Shown here piece after piece: positions 17,073 to 26,692 of a stretch of 64,000 bases of DNA. Both the position numbers and the translations under genes were made by a program. The notes beneath the pieces were generated by a model. That model ran no database searches and was not told where the DNA came from. It saw only the letters and a program-made list of their open reading frames with translations. Each line of letters starts with the position of its first letter. The stretch's first letter is position 1. The DNA lies in NCBI GenBank assembly GCA_023402505.1, contig JAEYGD010000367.1, forward strand, positions 3,870 through 67,869, read 5' to 3'. This stretch comes from Actinomycetes bacterium. GTDB lineage: Bacteria; Actinomycetota; Actinomycetes; Mycobacteriales; Micromonosporaceae.

Positions 17073-17993
17073 ATGCCCACCCGACTGTGGTTCCGCGTCG
17101 AGGACGTGCTGCCGCTGGCAGAACACGCCCTCGCCTGCCCCACCCACCGCCTCACCCGCGCGCAACTCGCCGCAGGCGAGCACAACACCCCGGCGCTGAC
17201 CCTTCACCGGACCGGCCCCGAAGGACAGCTGCGATCCAACGGCGTGCCGGTCTGGCACACCCCACACGGCGACGAACAGGCCGCCTACGGCGGCGCGTGG
17301 CGCCCCACCGCAAGCTCCGTCCCCGAGCCGGATCAGCACCTGTACCTGCCCCTGCGGCACGCCGGCCCCGACGGGCGCCGGCTGATCGACATCCTGCGCG
17401 CCGGCCGTGCCCTCGACCGTCCCTGGCTCGCGATCAACACCGACGCCGGACCCGGGTGCGCGTTGGACACCAGACACGTGGAGCTGTTCGACCACCGCGC
17501 GGACATCGCACCAGAGGGGGCGCGGTGGCGGCCGGTCATGGTGACCTCATCGGTGATCGACGGCCGGGACTACCCCGCGCTGGTCGCCGACGGCTACGTC
17601 GCCGGCAGAGACAGTCGCCTGATCTGCCGGTTCCATCAGCAGACCGTTCGGCAGATGGCCGCGGACCTCGCCGGGCCGTGGCGCGCCGACATGATGCCGG
17701 GCGAGTGCCCGCTGCTGCGCTTCGACGGCACCACCGCGCTGCTCCTCGAAGAGGAAGACATCGGAGCAGCGATCCGCCTCGACGTTGACGACCGCTACTA
17801 CCCCGACCGGGACGGCTACTACAGCATCGGCGCCTACCGATGGGATTGGCAAACCTCGCCTATCGAGGGCATGCCCGTGCGGAATCGGCTCCGGCTGTAC
17901 CTGAGCGCCCTGTCCGGCCGCCTCCGACGGATCACCGCCGCGCATCGCCTACCTCGGCAGACGTCCGCTGCTGGCGACAATCCGTTGTTCTGA
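17073..17993 (+). CDS. hypothetical protein (its 3' end lies 26 bp from the Tn7-like insertion point)
   Basis: RBS AAGGAGG upstream of the ATG. 306 aa with non-repetitive composition. Confidence 0.65.
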   Translation: MPTRLWFRVEDVLPLAEHALACPTHRLTRAQLAAGEHNTPALTLHRTGPEGQLRSNGVPVWHTPHGDEQAAYGGAWRPTASSVPEPDQHLYLPLRHAGPDGRRLIDILRAGRALDRPWLAINTDAGPGCALDTRHVELFDHRADIAPEGARWRPVMVTSSVIDGRDYPALVADGYVAGRDSRLICRFHQQTVRQMAADLAGPWRADMMPGECPLLRFDGTTALLLEEEDIGAAIRLDVDDRYYPDRDGYYSIGAYRWDWQTSPIEGMPVRNRLRLYLSALSGRLRRITAAHRLPRQTSAAGDNPLF

Positions 17994-18019
17994 CCCGACA
18001 TCCCGAGCCGCCGCCGAAC

Positions 18020-18120
18020 TGTGACTACCACCGATAGATGGCGGGTCGAGCCGCCATGCCCAGGGACGTCGGCTCTGTTACCAGCGATAGTTGGCGGCGT
18101 TTCCCAGGTGTAGGTGGCGG
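18020..18120 (+). repeat. transposon end with spaced putative TnsB-binding repeats
   Basis: Sites at 18020-18044 and 18076-18097 (TGTTACCAGCGATAGTTGGCGG), plus a degenerate third site at 18103-18120. Confidence 0.8.
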
Positions 18121-18249
18121 CTCGTGCCGGACGCCTGTCGACGCTCCGGATCGTGGTAGGTCGGGTCATCGGGTGTGGGCATGCCGCTCTTCAGACCGTG
18201 CCCCGGAGAAGGGGAGTATCCAGCGGTCGTTCAGGATTGCCCGGTGCAG

Positions 18250-19443
18250 ATGTCGATCGTGATCGCCCAGGTTCCGGCCGTGTGGAATGTAGACGTCAAT
18301 CTGATCACCGTGCGCGACGTCATCGACGACACCCGCCCGGGTGACGTCGTCGTTCTGCCCGAAGGGATGCTGTCTGGCTACGGCGAGGATCTCGCGCCGC
18401 TGGCCGCGCTACCGCCGGACGCCGTACACCACGCTGTGGACCAGGTGGCCGAGCTCGCCCGGCTGCATCAGGTGCAGATCTTCTGCGGTTCACTGCTGCC
18501 CGTTCAGGATGGATGGTGCAACGCCGGCCTCTTCTTCTCGGCCGACGGCCGCCATCAGGTCTACCGGAAGATCAACCTCGCGATGAACGAACGTGGTCGG
18601 CTGCATCCTGGTGATCATCTGCCGACCATGGACCTCACCCGCCCGGACGGGAAAGTCACCATCGGTATGCAGCTCTGCCGCGAGATCCGATTTCCGGAAC
18701 AATGGCAATACCTCGCGGCGGCCGGCGCGCAGATGTTCGTCTACCTCACCAACGCGGCCAACCCTGGCGAGGTCGATGGGGTCTGGCGAAGCCACCTGAT
18801 CAGCCGCGCCGCCGAGAATCAGCGCTTCCTCGCCGCCGCCAACATCGCCCACCCGGACCAGCACTGCCCCAGCATGGTGATCTCACCGCGAGGCGAGGTA
18901 ATCGCCGAACTCCCTCCCGGACGCCCCGGCCTGCTCCGGCAGACCATCCGTCCCGACGAGGCCGCCAACTGGTACCTCGGGCAACGCCGTCAGGACGTCG
19001 TCGCGTTGACCTACCAGGCAGGCGATCTGTCCCGGCGCGAACCCCACAACTCGGAGGACGACTACCAGCAGGCGCCGCAGCCGGCCGAGGGCGAGGCGAA
19101 GGTCATCACGCTCTGCGGCTCCACCAAGTTCGAGGCTGAGTTCGCGGAGGTCAACCAGCGGCTCACGATGGAAGGCTGCGTCGTGATCAGCCTCGGCATG
19201 TTCAGCCTCCCCGATCTGCCGAACTACGACTGGACAGTCGACAACTCGGGCCTGAAGAGACGGCTTGGCGGGGTGCACTTCCAAAAGATCCGGATGGCCG
19301 ACGAGGTGTACGTCGTGGATCCGGGCGGCTACTTAGGGGAGTCGACCCGACGGGAGATTGCGTACGCGGAGTCGCTCGGCAAGCCGGTTCGGTATCTGAG
19401 TCGTGAGCGCTTGGTGCGAACGGGGGACGGCCCCCAAGAGTGA
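18250..19443 (+). CDS. fusion protein: carbon-nitrogen hydrolase (nitrilase superfamily) + C-terminal nucleoside 2-deoxyribosyltransferase-like domain
   Basis: The N-terminal half has candidate Glu/Lys/Cys triad contexts VVLPEGML, VYRKINL and GMQLCREIRF. The C-terminal roughly 115 aa read KVITLCGSTKFEAEF ... VYVVDPGGYLGESTRREIAYAESLGKPV (a small Rossmann-like CGSxxF...E pattern). An alternative start is at 18175. Confidence 0.7.
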   Translation: MSIVIAQVPAVWNVDVNLITVRDVIDDTRPGDVVVLPEGMLSGYGEDLAPLAALPPDAVHHAVDQVAELARLHQVQIFCGSLLPVQDGWCNAGLFFSADGRHQVYRKINLAMNERGRLHPGDHLPTMDLTRPDGKVTIGMQLCREIRFPEQWQYLAAAGAQMFVYLTNAANPGEVDGVWRSHLISRAAENQRFLAAANIAHPDQHCPSMVISPRGEVIAELPPGRPGLLRQTIRPDEAANWYLGQRRQDVVALTYQAGDLSRREPHNSEDDYQQAPQPAEGEAKVITLCGSTKFEAEFAEVNQRLTMEGCVVISLGMFSLPDLPNYDWTVDNSGLKRRLGGVHFQKIRMADEVYVVDPGGYLGESTRREIAYAESLGKPVRYLSRERLVRTGDGPQE

Positions 19444-19503
19444 GTCCGACCGCGGTCCGCTCATCGGCGTACGCGGCTGCGGTGCCCTGAGCAATAGGAG
19501 GTC

Positions 19504-20178
19504 TTGTCGGCGGTGCCGACTACGGTTCCACGCATGGATGCCAAGACCGCCGAGTTGCGGGCCGCCCACGATGTTCTCGCCGAGTTCTACGTCGACCGCC
19601 TTGCTGATGCCATGGATCGGATGCCCGTTGACCGGGCCGTGCTCGGCTTGTTCTGCGACCTGGTACTCGATGCGGATCTCGGCACGAGCGTCGGGGACAT
19701 CGGTTGCGGGACGGGTCGGCTTGAGCCCTACCTGGCTGCCCGGGGTCTGTCGCCGCGGGGGATCGACCTGTCGCCGGAGATGATCCGGGTGGCCCGGCGG
19801 GACTATCCCGACTTCGGGTTCGAGGTTGCCGATCTGCGGAAGCTGCCCTTCGAGGACGCCTCGCTCGCGGGTGTGGTCTGCTGGTATTCGCTGATGTATC
19901 TCCCGCCGTCTGATCGTCCGGTCGCCTTCGGGGAGTTGGCTCGGGTCGTGAAGCCGGGCGGTTTCCTGGCGACCGCGTTCAAGGCTGGTGACAGCCAGGT
20001 CCGGCGCGGTGGTCGGGGCGCGAATCTCGGCGTCGAGTTCGACGTCTACTGGTTGTCGCCCAGCGAGATGGAGCAGCGGGTGGTCGACGCCGGCTTCTCG
20101 ACGGTGTTCTCGGCTGGCCGACCGGCCGAGGAGGGGGAGGGCCAGCCGCAGGGGTACCTGGTCGCCCGCAGGTCCTGA
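19504..20178 (+). CDS. class I SAM-dependent methyltransferase
   Basis: Motif I VGDIGCGTGRL, then GIDLSPEMI, and post-I/II motifs LKPGG-like VVKPGGFL. TTG start with a GGAGG sequence 5 nt upstream. Confidence 0.8.
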   Translation: MSAVPTTVPRMDAKTAELRAAHDVLAEFYVDRLADAMDRMPVDRAVLGLFCDLVLDADLGTSVGDIGCGTGRLEPYLAARGLSPRGIDLSPEMIRVARRDYPDFGFEVADLRKLPFEDASLAGVVCWYSLMYLPPSDRPVAFGELARVVKPGGFLATAFKAGDSQVRRGGRGANLGVEFDVYWLSPSEMEQRVVDAGFSTVFSAGRPAEEGEGQPQGYLVARRS

Positions 20179-20290
20179 CGCCGATCCGGGCCGCACCTGG
20201 TTTGATGGCGGTGGGTGGTTCGACTCGCCGCAAAGCCGCGCGAATCGGGAACCGAGTTACGGACATCCATCCATCTTGTTAGATGGGTGG

Positions 20291-21136
20291 ATGTCATCGT
20301 CGGACGGTGCGATCAGCGTCGGTGGACTGCGGTCCGACCGGTGCGGGCTCGCGGATCTGTGCACCCAGCGGGCCGACTTCGACGAGGCACGAGGATCACT
20401 GGCCCTGACCGACGGGTGGACCGGACGGTGGCGAGCACAATGGCGCGCTTCGGGCGCCCCAGTGCTCTGCGCGGCGCGCGACCTGGCGTCGATCCCGACG
20501 TCGCGATGCGAGCCGGTGCGCCGGTTCTCCTGGCGTCGAGGTCAGCGACACCGTCCGGGCTTGCAGTTCATGGTGTCGACCGGCCGTCACCATGGTTTCG
20601 AGAGCATCGCCGAGCAGCGGCTGCTGCTGGCGTTGGACTTCGCGGGCGGCGTGAGCGACGTGTTGGGCCAGCCATTCCGGTTACGGTTTGCGACCGGGGC
20701 GGGTTGGCGGGAGCACATCCCGGACTTCCTGGCGGTCACGGCCGAGGGCGGCTTATTGATCGATGTGCGGCCGGGAGAGCGGATCGGCGACGACGACCGG
20801 GTGTGCTTCGCGGCAGCGAGGGAAGCGGCGTTGGCGACCGGCTGGCGGTATCTGGCCGTCACCGGCTGGCGGCCACACGTGCAGACCGGCCTGGACACGC
20901 TGTCCGCACAGCGCCGCCCGCTGCGCGACCCGTTGGGCCTGCAGTCGGAGTTGTTCACGGCGGTCGCGTCAGGTCCGCGATCGTTCGGCGATCTCGTGGC
21001 GGCCACCCGGCTACCCGCAGTGGCACGAGCGCACGCCCTGCACCTGATCTGGCACCGGCGCCTCGGGATCGACCTATCGACCCCGTTGAATGACGCCACG
21101 AAGGTGTGGGCCTCACCGGCCGGAGCCGGCCGATGA
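20291..21136 (+). CDS. tnsA: TnsA-like endonuclease subunit
   Basis: FESIAEQRLLLALDF ... QPFRL ... HIPDFLAVTAEGGLLIDVRP (TnsA_N-like E...PD...xVx pattern). The stop overlaps the tnsB start (ATGA). Confidence 0.75.
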   Translation: MSSSDGAISVGGLRSDRCGLADLCTQRADFDEARGSLALTDGWTGRWRAQWRASGAPVLCAARDLASIPTSRCEPVRRFSWRRGQRHRPGLQFMVSTGRHHGFESIAEQRLLLALDFAGGVSDVLGQPFRLRFATGAGWREHIPDFLAVTAEGGLLIDVRPGERIGDDDRVCFAAAREAALATGWRYLAVTGWRPHVQTGLDTLSAQRRPLRDPLGLQSELFTAVASGPRSFGDLVAATRLPAVARAHALHLIWHRRLGIDLSTPLNDATKVWASPAGAGR

Positions 21137-23400
21137 GTCAGCACGTCGGCATGCTCGACCTGTCGCCCGGCGCCGTCGTCGTGGTCGACGGCGTCGAGTG
21201 GCTGGTCGAGTCCTTCGCACCGCAGTACGGGCACATCCAGCTGCACCGTGGTGACGGTACGACGATGCAGACCACGGTGCGGGCCCTGCTGACCGGCCCG
21301 GCACGCCGCGCGCCGGTAGGCGCGACGACCGTGGGGACAGACTCGGCGGCCCGCCAACCGGTCACGCTGGCCGACCTGACCCAAGATCAGCGGGAGTTGG
21401 CGCTGGTCCGGCTGGCACACGTGCTGGAGGTGGAGACCGGGTTCCGTGGTGGTGATCCGTTGCGGCCAGGACCGGGTGAGCCCCGCGCCTGCTACGACCC
21501 GGACGCCACGACGTTGACCGCGCGGCGACTGGCGAAGGTGGCCGAACTCCAAGCCCTTGATCCGCAGGATGCGCGGCGGCTCGGGTTCGCCCATGTCAGC
21601 CTGCGCACGCTGGAGCGGCTGGGCGCGGACTGCCGCCGGTTCGGGGTCGCCGGAGCCATCCTGGGCAGCTGGGTACGCCGCAGCGGTGGGCGGTCGAGCA
21701 TCACCGAACCCATCCGGGAGGCGATCTTCGCGGTGCGGGCCGAGACGCTGCACCGGTCGCGGATCAGCATGACGGCGCGGCGTCGGTTGATCTGCCAGTA
21801 CGTGCGGGAGAAGTACGACGAGCAGGTCCAGGTGCCGTGCTACGAGACGCTGCGGCAGGTGTGGCGGGAATGGTTCGGTCCCGGCGGTGCCCGGCAGCGC
21901 CATCAGCGCTCAGCCGCCGCGGTCGAGCCCACCGGGACTCACGTGGTGGTGCACCGGCCGGGGCAGGTCATCGCGTTGGACACCACGATTCTGCCGGTGA
22001 AGGTCCGCGAGAGCGTGTTCGGCGACCCGGTATCGACACATTTGACGATCGCGTTGGACGTGTACACCCACTCGTTGGTGGCGTTCCGGCTGACCTTGGT
22101 GTCGGACACGTCGGTGGACGTGGCAATGCTGCTGCGGGACGTGATGACACCGCTGCCACTGCGCGACGGGTGGGGCGAGGACATGATCTGGCCCTACCCG
22201 GGAGTGCCGGCCGCGGTGGTGGCCGAGTTCGCGGGATACCCGGTGGCCGCGTTGCCGTTCTTCGCCCCGGAGACCGTCACGACCGACCACGGCTCCGTCT
22301 ACAAAAACCACAATCTGGTGGAAGTGCAGCGGGTCATCGGCGCGAACATACTCCCAGCTCGGGTGCTGCGCCCGACGGATAAGCAGGCAGTGGAACGCGC
22401 GTTCGGCGCCATACAGAGCCTGCTGTTCGAGCACCTGCTGGGCTACCAGGGCGTCGATGTCGCGGACCGGGGCGTCGACCCGGAGGCCGACGCCGTGCTC
22501 ACGGTCGAGGCGATGGAACACCTGGTCGCGACCTGGTCGGTGAAGATCTGGCAGAACCGGGTATTGGGCGAGTACGCCCCAGCTTGGGATCCGGGTGGTC
22601 GGCACAGCCCGAACACGTTGTTCGCCGCCGCGATGGCCCAGGGCGGGTTCGCGTTGCAGATCCCTACGCCGGAGCTGTACTACGAGCTGCTGCCCGCGCA
22701 TCATGTCAGCATTCACGGCCGACGCGGGGTGAAGATCCGCGGACTGTGGTACGACGGACCCGGCCTGGACGACTACCGCAACGAACCATCGACCCGAGGC
22801 GGCGTCCACAAAGGCAAGTGGGTCGTGCGCTCCGATCCCCGAGACCGGCGGACCGTGTTCTTCCACGACCCCAGCAATGGGCAGTGGCACACCTTGCGGT
22901 GGACCGGGCAGCCGGCCGAGGGCGAGATCCCGTCGTTCTCCGACGCCCGAGCCCGGCAGCTTCTCGAGCACGCCCGTCAGGCCGGCCTGAAACCCCGCTC
23001 CGACGCGGAGCTGTTGCCGCTGCTGCTGGACCTCCTCGCCGACGTCACGCCCGTCCAGCAGTGGCCCACCCAAGCAGGCCCAGCAGCCGGAACGGGCAAA
23101 CGGCACCGCACCGAGCACGCCCGGGAGGCGACGCAGGCCGCCGCCGCACACGCCGACCGCCCCGAAAAGCCTGTGGCGACCGAGCCCGGATGCGGGCAGG
23201 ACGTGGGGACGGTGGTGCCGATACGCCCGGCGGACCGGGTCGCGCAGGTGCAGACCGCGGTGGACGCCGAGCGTCGACGACGCCGCGAGGCCGCGGTGCC
23301 GGACCGGCCGCAGCCTCCGCCACGGCTCGGCGACGCGTTCCGGCGGCGCAGCCTGTTCCTGCTTCCCGCCGACGAGCCAGAGCCGGGGCAGGCCGGATGA
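21133..23400 (+). CDS. tnsB: TnsB-like DDE (Mu/rve-type) transposase
   Basis: DDE candidates are VIALDTT, TVTTDHGSVYKN and AVERAF, with 35 residues between the second D and the E. 755 aa. Confidence 0.85.
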   Translation: MSQHVGMLDLSPGAVVVVDGVEWLVESFAPQYGHIQLHRGDGTTMQTTVRALLTGPARRAPVGATTVGTDSAARQPVTLADLTQDQRELALVRLAHVLEVETGFRGGDPLRPGPGEPRACYDPDATTLTARRLAKVAELQALDPQDARRLGFAHVSLRTLERLGADCRRFGVAGAILGSWVRRSGGRSSITEPIREAIFAVRAETLHRSRISMTARRRLICQYVREKYDEQVQVPCYETLRQVWREWFGPGGARQRHQRSAAAVEPTGTHVVVHRPGQVIALDTTILPVKVRESVFGDPVSTHLTIALDVYTHSLVAFRLTLVSDTSVDVAMLLRDVMTPLPLRDGWGEDMIWPYPGVPAAVVAEFAGYPVAALPFFAPETVTTDHGSVYKNHNLVEVQRVIGANILPARVLRPTDKQAVERAFGAIQSLLFEHLLGYQGVDVADRGVDPEADAVLTVEAMEHLVATWSVKIWQNRVLGEYAPAWDPGGRHSPNTLFAAAMAQGGFALQIPTPELYYELLPAHHVSIHGRRGVKIRGLWYDGPGLDDYRNEPSTRGGVHKGKWVVRSDPRDRRTVFFHDPSNGQWHTLRWTGQPAEGEIPSFSDARARQLLEHARQAGLKPRSDAELLPLLLDLLADVTPVQQWPTQAGPAAGTGKRHRTEHAREATQAAAAHADRPEKPVATEPGCGQDVGTVVPIRPADRVAQVQTAVDAERRRRREAAVPDRPQPPPRLGDAFRRRSLFLLPADEPEPGQAG

Positions 23401-24668
23401 GTAGCGAGCCGCCGGACACCGCGGCGTTCGCGTTACCCGGTCCGGCGATTGCTCGGGAGACCGCCGAAGGTTGGAGCCAGTGGCGGGCCACCCGGCACAG
23501 TTTCACGCCGGCACCGCGGCTGTCGCTGGCGCAGTGGCGAACGTTGAGCCCGCGACAGCGGGTGCTGCACGACCTGCACCGAGCCGCCACCCACGCGAAC
23601 CTGCCCATTCAAGAGACCCCGATGAGCGCCACGGTCGCCCGGGTGATGGGCTCCCGGCTGTTCAACAACGCCCTCAAGCACAAACCGACCACCCGCGCCG
23701 GGCTGATGATCAACGGCGGTGGCTACCAGGGCAAGACCGAAACGGTCTGCGAGATCGCCGCCGCGTTCGAAGACCAGTGGCTGGACCTGCACCAGCAAAT
23801 CAACCCGCACGCGGTGCCCGGCACCCGGGACCTGCACGCCGCCGTCGCCTACGTGCAGACGCCGGTCACCGCCACCCCGAAAAGCGTCTGCCAGGCGATC
23901 CTCGACTTCTACGGCGCACTCCACAAAGGCATGACGCTGCCGCAACTGGTCCACGCCGTGCGCGGCTCGCTCTACGACCACGCCACCAAGGTCCTCATCC
24001 TGGATGACATCACCCGGCTGCGGATGCACCGCGAGGCTGACCAGGACGCCCTCGACCTGATCCGCGCGTTGATGAGCATGCACCTGACCCTGGTCCTGGT
24101 CGGCGTCGGCATTCCCGCCTCCGGGCTGCTGCGCGAAGGCCGCCGGGACCGGGTCACCGGCCAGGTCGTCTTCGCTCAGCCCCGCCACGCCCGCACGTTC
24201 ACCGACGAGGCGGCCACCCAGACCGAACGCCGCTTCGACCTGATCGACCTCGACCCGTTCCGCTACGACACCCCGCCGAGCATCGCCGCGTGGGTCACCC
24301 ACCTGGCCGGGATCGAGGACAACCTGCGGCTGCTGCGCGCCGAGCCGGGCATGCTCACCGACGGGGGCGTGCCGGAGTACCTGTTCCGCCGCACCGGCGG
24401 GATCGTCGGCCTCCTCGAACGGCTCATCGAAGACGGCGCCGCACACGCCATCGACACCGGTGCCGAGCGCCTGACCACCGATCTGCTCGACACCATCGAC
24501 ATCAACCTCGGCAACCTGGCCCGCCGCGACACCACCGCCGGCGAGATCCCCGACATCCCTCCGCGCCCGGCCCCAGCCGCCGGCAAGGGCAAGGGCAAGG
24601 GCCGTAACACCGTCTTCGACGATCACGGCGGCACGAGCGGCGACCAGCCGACGGCATCGACCGCGTGA
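23397..24668 (+). CDS. tnsC: TnsC-like AAA+ ATPase
   Basis: Walker A NGGGYQGKTET and Walker B VLILDDITRL. ATGA overlap with tnsB. Confidence 0.8.
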   Translation: MSSEPPDTAAFALPGPAIARETAEGWSQWRATRHSFTPAPRLSLAQWRTLSPRQRVLHDLHRAATHANLPIQETPMSATVARVMGSRLFNNALKHKPTTRAGLMINGGGYQGKTETVCEIAAAFEDQWLDLHQQINPHAVPGTRDLHAAVAYVQTPVTATPKSVCQAILDFYGALHKGMTLPQLVHAVRGSLYDHATKVLILDDITRLRMHREADQDALDLIRALMSMHLTLVLVGVGIPASGLLREGRRDRVTGQVVFAQPRHARTFTDEAATQTERRFDLIDLDPFRYDTPPSIAAWVTHLAGIEDNLRLLRAEPGMLTDGGVPEYLFRRTGGIVGLLERLIEDGAAHAIDTGAERLTTDLLDTIDINLGNLARRDTTAGEIPDIPPRPAPAAGKGKGKGRNTVFDDHGGTSGDQPTASTA

Positions 24669-26572
24669 CCAGCCGATTGCCGCGCAGCCTCGACCCGCTG
24701 CCCGACGAGTCGCTGCCCGGCTACCTGCTCCGGCTCTCCCACCGCCTCGGCCTGGCACCCACCCGGCTGCAACAGGCCACCGGCCTCGCGCTCGCGCCCA
24801 ACGCCGCCCGCGCCAGCACCATGCTCGCCCTGACCCCGGAAACGGCCGCCGCGTTCGCCCACGCGACCCGGCTCAGCACCACCGAGGTCACCGCCCTGAC
24901 CCTGGGCAGCCTCGCCAACCGTTATCCGCCGGTCGATCTCGCCCGCACCGGCCGCGACCACCGGCGCCTGGTGCACGGCCTGTTCGTCCGCGAAAGCTGG
25001 GTGTTCGCCCGGTTCAGCCGATACTGTCCGCACTGCCTGGCCGGGGACGGCAGCCTCATCCAACAACACCACGGCGGCGGCTGGAACAAGCTCTGGCGGC
25101 TACCGATTGTGTTCGCCTGCCCCACCCACCAGCGGTTACTCGCACACACCTGCCCCGCCTGCGCGCAGCCCGCGCTGTCGCGTGGCCCCGGCGCGGCGAT
25201 GATCCCGCGCGGCGGAGACAGCACACTGCACCCCACCGCCTGCCGAGCCCCCGGCCCCGAGCCGCGACCCACCATCGGCCCCTGCGGTCACCGACTCGAC
25301 CAAGAACCGCCCTCCACGAACTCCCACGACCTTGCGCCACCGCTCGCCCTGCAACACCGGCTGCTGACCCTCCTCAACGCCGACAACGCGACCACGATCA
25401 GCGCCGGCAGTCCGGCCACCTCCAGCCAGTACGTCACCGACCTGCGAATCCTCACCTGCCTGATCACCGCCTCCTGGCCCACCAGCCGGCATCTGGCCGA
25501 CACCGCGGACGCCGCCGGCCTCATCGACCGGCACGTCCAGAACGTCCAAACCCAGATCGACCAAGACCGTCGCGAGCAGCGATACCCGCGCGACAACGCC
25601 CTCTACGACGCGCCACCCGCCGACGCCGCCACCACCGCGGCACTGCTCATCGCGGCAGCACGCATCACCGACGCGGACAGCCCGGACTCGGCCCGCGACA
25701 TCGCCGCACCCTTGCTGGAGTGCCGGCCGGGCACCCGCCCATGGGTCAGGAAGTTCCTACCCGGCGACGGCTACTGCTCACCTGGGCTGCAAGCCGCGCT
25801 CGGGCCCGAAGTCGGGGCGCTGCACATCATCAAACGCACCGGCGTCCCGCACTACTCCACCCGTCGGCGCCTACCTGCGCCGCTGCCGGTCCGCTTCGGC
25901 ATCCAGTACATCCCGCAGCGCCCACCCGAACAGTGGCTCGACTGCCTCGACGAGTTCACCGACCTCAAACCGCGTTTGCTGGAGCACGTCCTCGTGATCC
26001 GGCTCGCGCACGCCACAACCGGCGGAACCCTCATCGACGCCGCGGCCCATCTCGGCATCCCCCGACTCGCCGCCGACAACGCGCTCCGCGTCACCCACCA
26101 GACGCTGGCCGCCACCTCCCGCCACGAACGGTTCGACCACGCCGTCGGCAACCTCGTCGAACACCTCAATACCACCACGGACCTGATCGACTACGGCCGA
26201 CGCCGCGACGCACTTCGCACCTGGGAGATCCCGCCCGACCAATGGCAGGAACTCATCGACGGACTACCCGGCCAACTGATCAAGAACCGCCTCGTGCCCC
26301 ACACCCATTGGGGCGACGGCAAACGCCGACTCGCCAGCACCTGGGCATGGACCGAGCTGACCCACGGCGATCACATCTACGCCCCCGCCGTCCGCCCCGA
26401 CATCCACGCCACCCGGCCCGGAGGCGAAGACGTCCACTACGTCCACACCCGCTGGCAGCACCTGCTACGGCCCTCGCCCTACGGTCACTTCCGACAACTC
26501 CGCGACCGCCTCGATCCGTTCGTCCGACAACTCGGCGAACACATCGACAACCCTCCGAGCGTCGCGCAGTAA
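24665..26572 (+). CDS. tniQ: TniQ-family target-selection protein
   Basis: N-terminal PLPDESLPGYLLRLSHRLGL (TniQ signature) and the cysteine cluster YCPHCL ... CPTHQ ... CPAC. GTGA overlap with tnsC. Confidence 0.8.
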   Translation: MTSRLPRSLDPLPDESLPGYLLRLSHRLGLAPTRLQQATGLALAPNAARASTMLALTPETAAAFAHATRLSTTEVTALTLGSLANRYPPVDLARTGRDHRRLVHGLFVRESWVFARFSRYCPHCLAGDGSLIQQHHGGGWNKLWRLPIVFACPTHQRLLAHTCPACAQPALSRGPGAAMIPRGGDSTLHPTACRAPGPEPRPTIGPCGHRLDQEPPSTNSHDLAPPLALQHRLLTLLNADNATTISAGSPATSSQYVTDLRILTCLITASWPTSRHLADTADAAGLIDRHVQNVQTQIDQDRREQRYPRDNALYDAPPADAATTAALLIAAARITDADSPDSARDIAAPLLECRPGTRPWVRKFLPGDGYCSPGLQAALGPEVGALHIIKRTGVPHYSTRRRLPAPLPVRFGIQYIPQRPPEQWLDCLDEFTDLKPRLLEHVLVIRLAHATTGGTLIDAAAHLGIPRLAADNALRVTHQTLAATSRHERFDHAVGNLVEHLNTTTDLIDYGRRRDALRTWEIPPDQWQELIDGLPGQLIKNRLVPHTHWGDGKRRLASTWAWTELTHGDHIYAPAVRPDIHATRPGGEDVHYVHTRWQHLLRPSPYGHFRQLRDRLDPFVRQLGEHIDNPPSVAQ

Positions 26573-26647
26573 CGCCGGCTGAGTCCTCGATCGGAGCCAC
26601 CAGCCAACGAGACGGCAGAGAGCCAGCGAGGTGCCGGCAGCGCCGTC

Positions 26648-26692
26648 CCGCCATCTATCGCTGGTAGCCGCCATCTATCGCTGGCAATCACA
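26648..26692 (-). repeat. transposon end with two abutting putative TnsB-binding repeats
   Basis: CCGCCATCTATCGCTGGTAG (26648-26667) is immediately followed by CCGCCATCTATCGCTGGCAATCACA (26668-26692). Confidence 0.85.

Larger units (their letters stand above)
18020..26692 (+). mobile_element. Tn7-like transposon (TnsA-TnsB-TnsC-TniQ plus 2 cargo genes), 8673 bp
   Basis: Termini are TGTGACTACCACCGATAGATGGCGG (18020-18044) and the reverse complement of TGTGATTGCCAGCGATAGATGGCGG (26668-26692). A 5-bp direct duplication, CGAAC, sits at 18015-18019 and 26693-26697. Confidence 0.9.
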
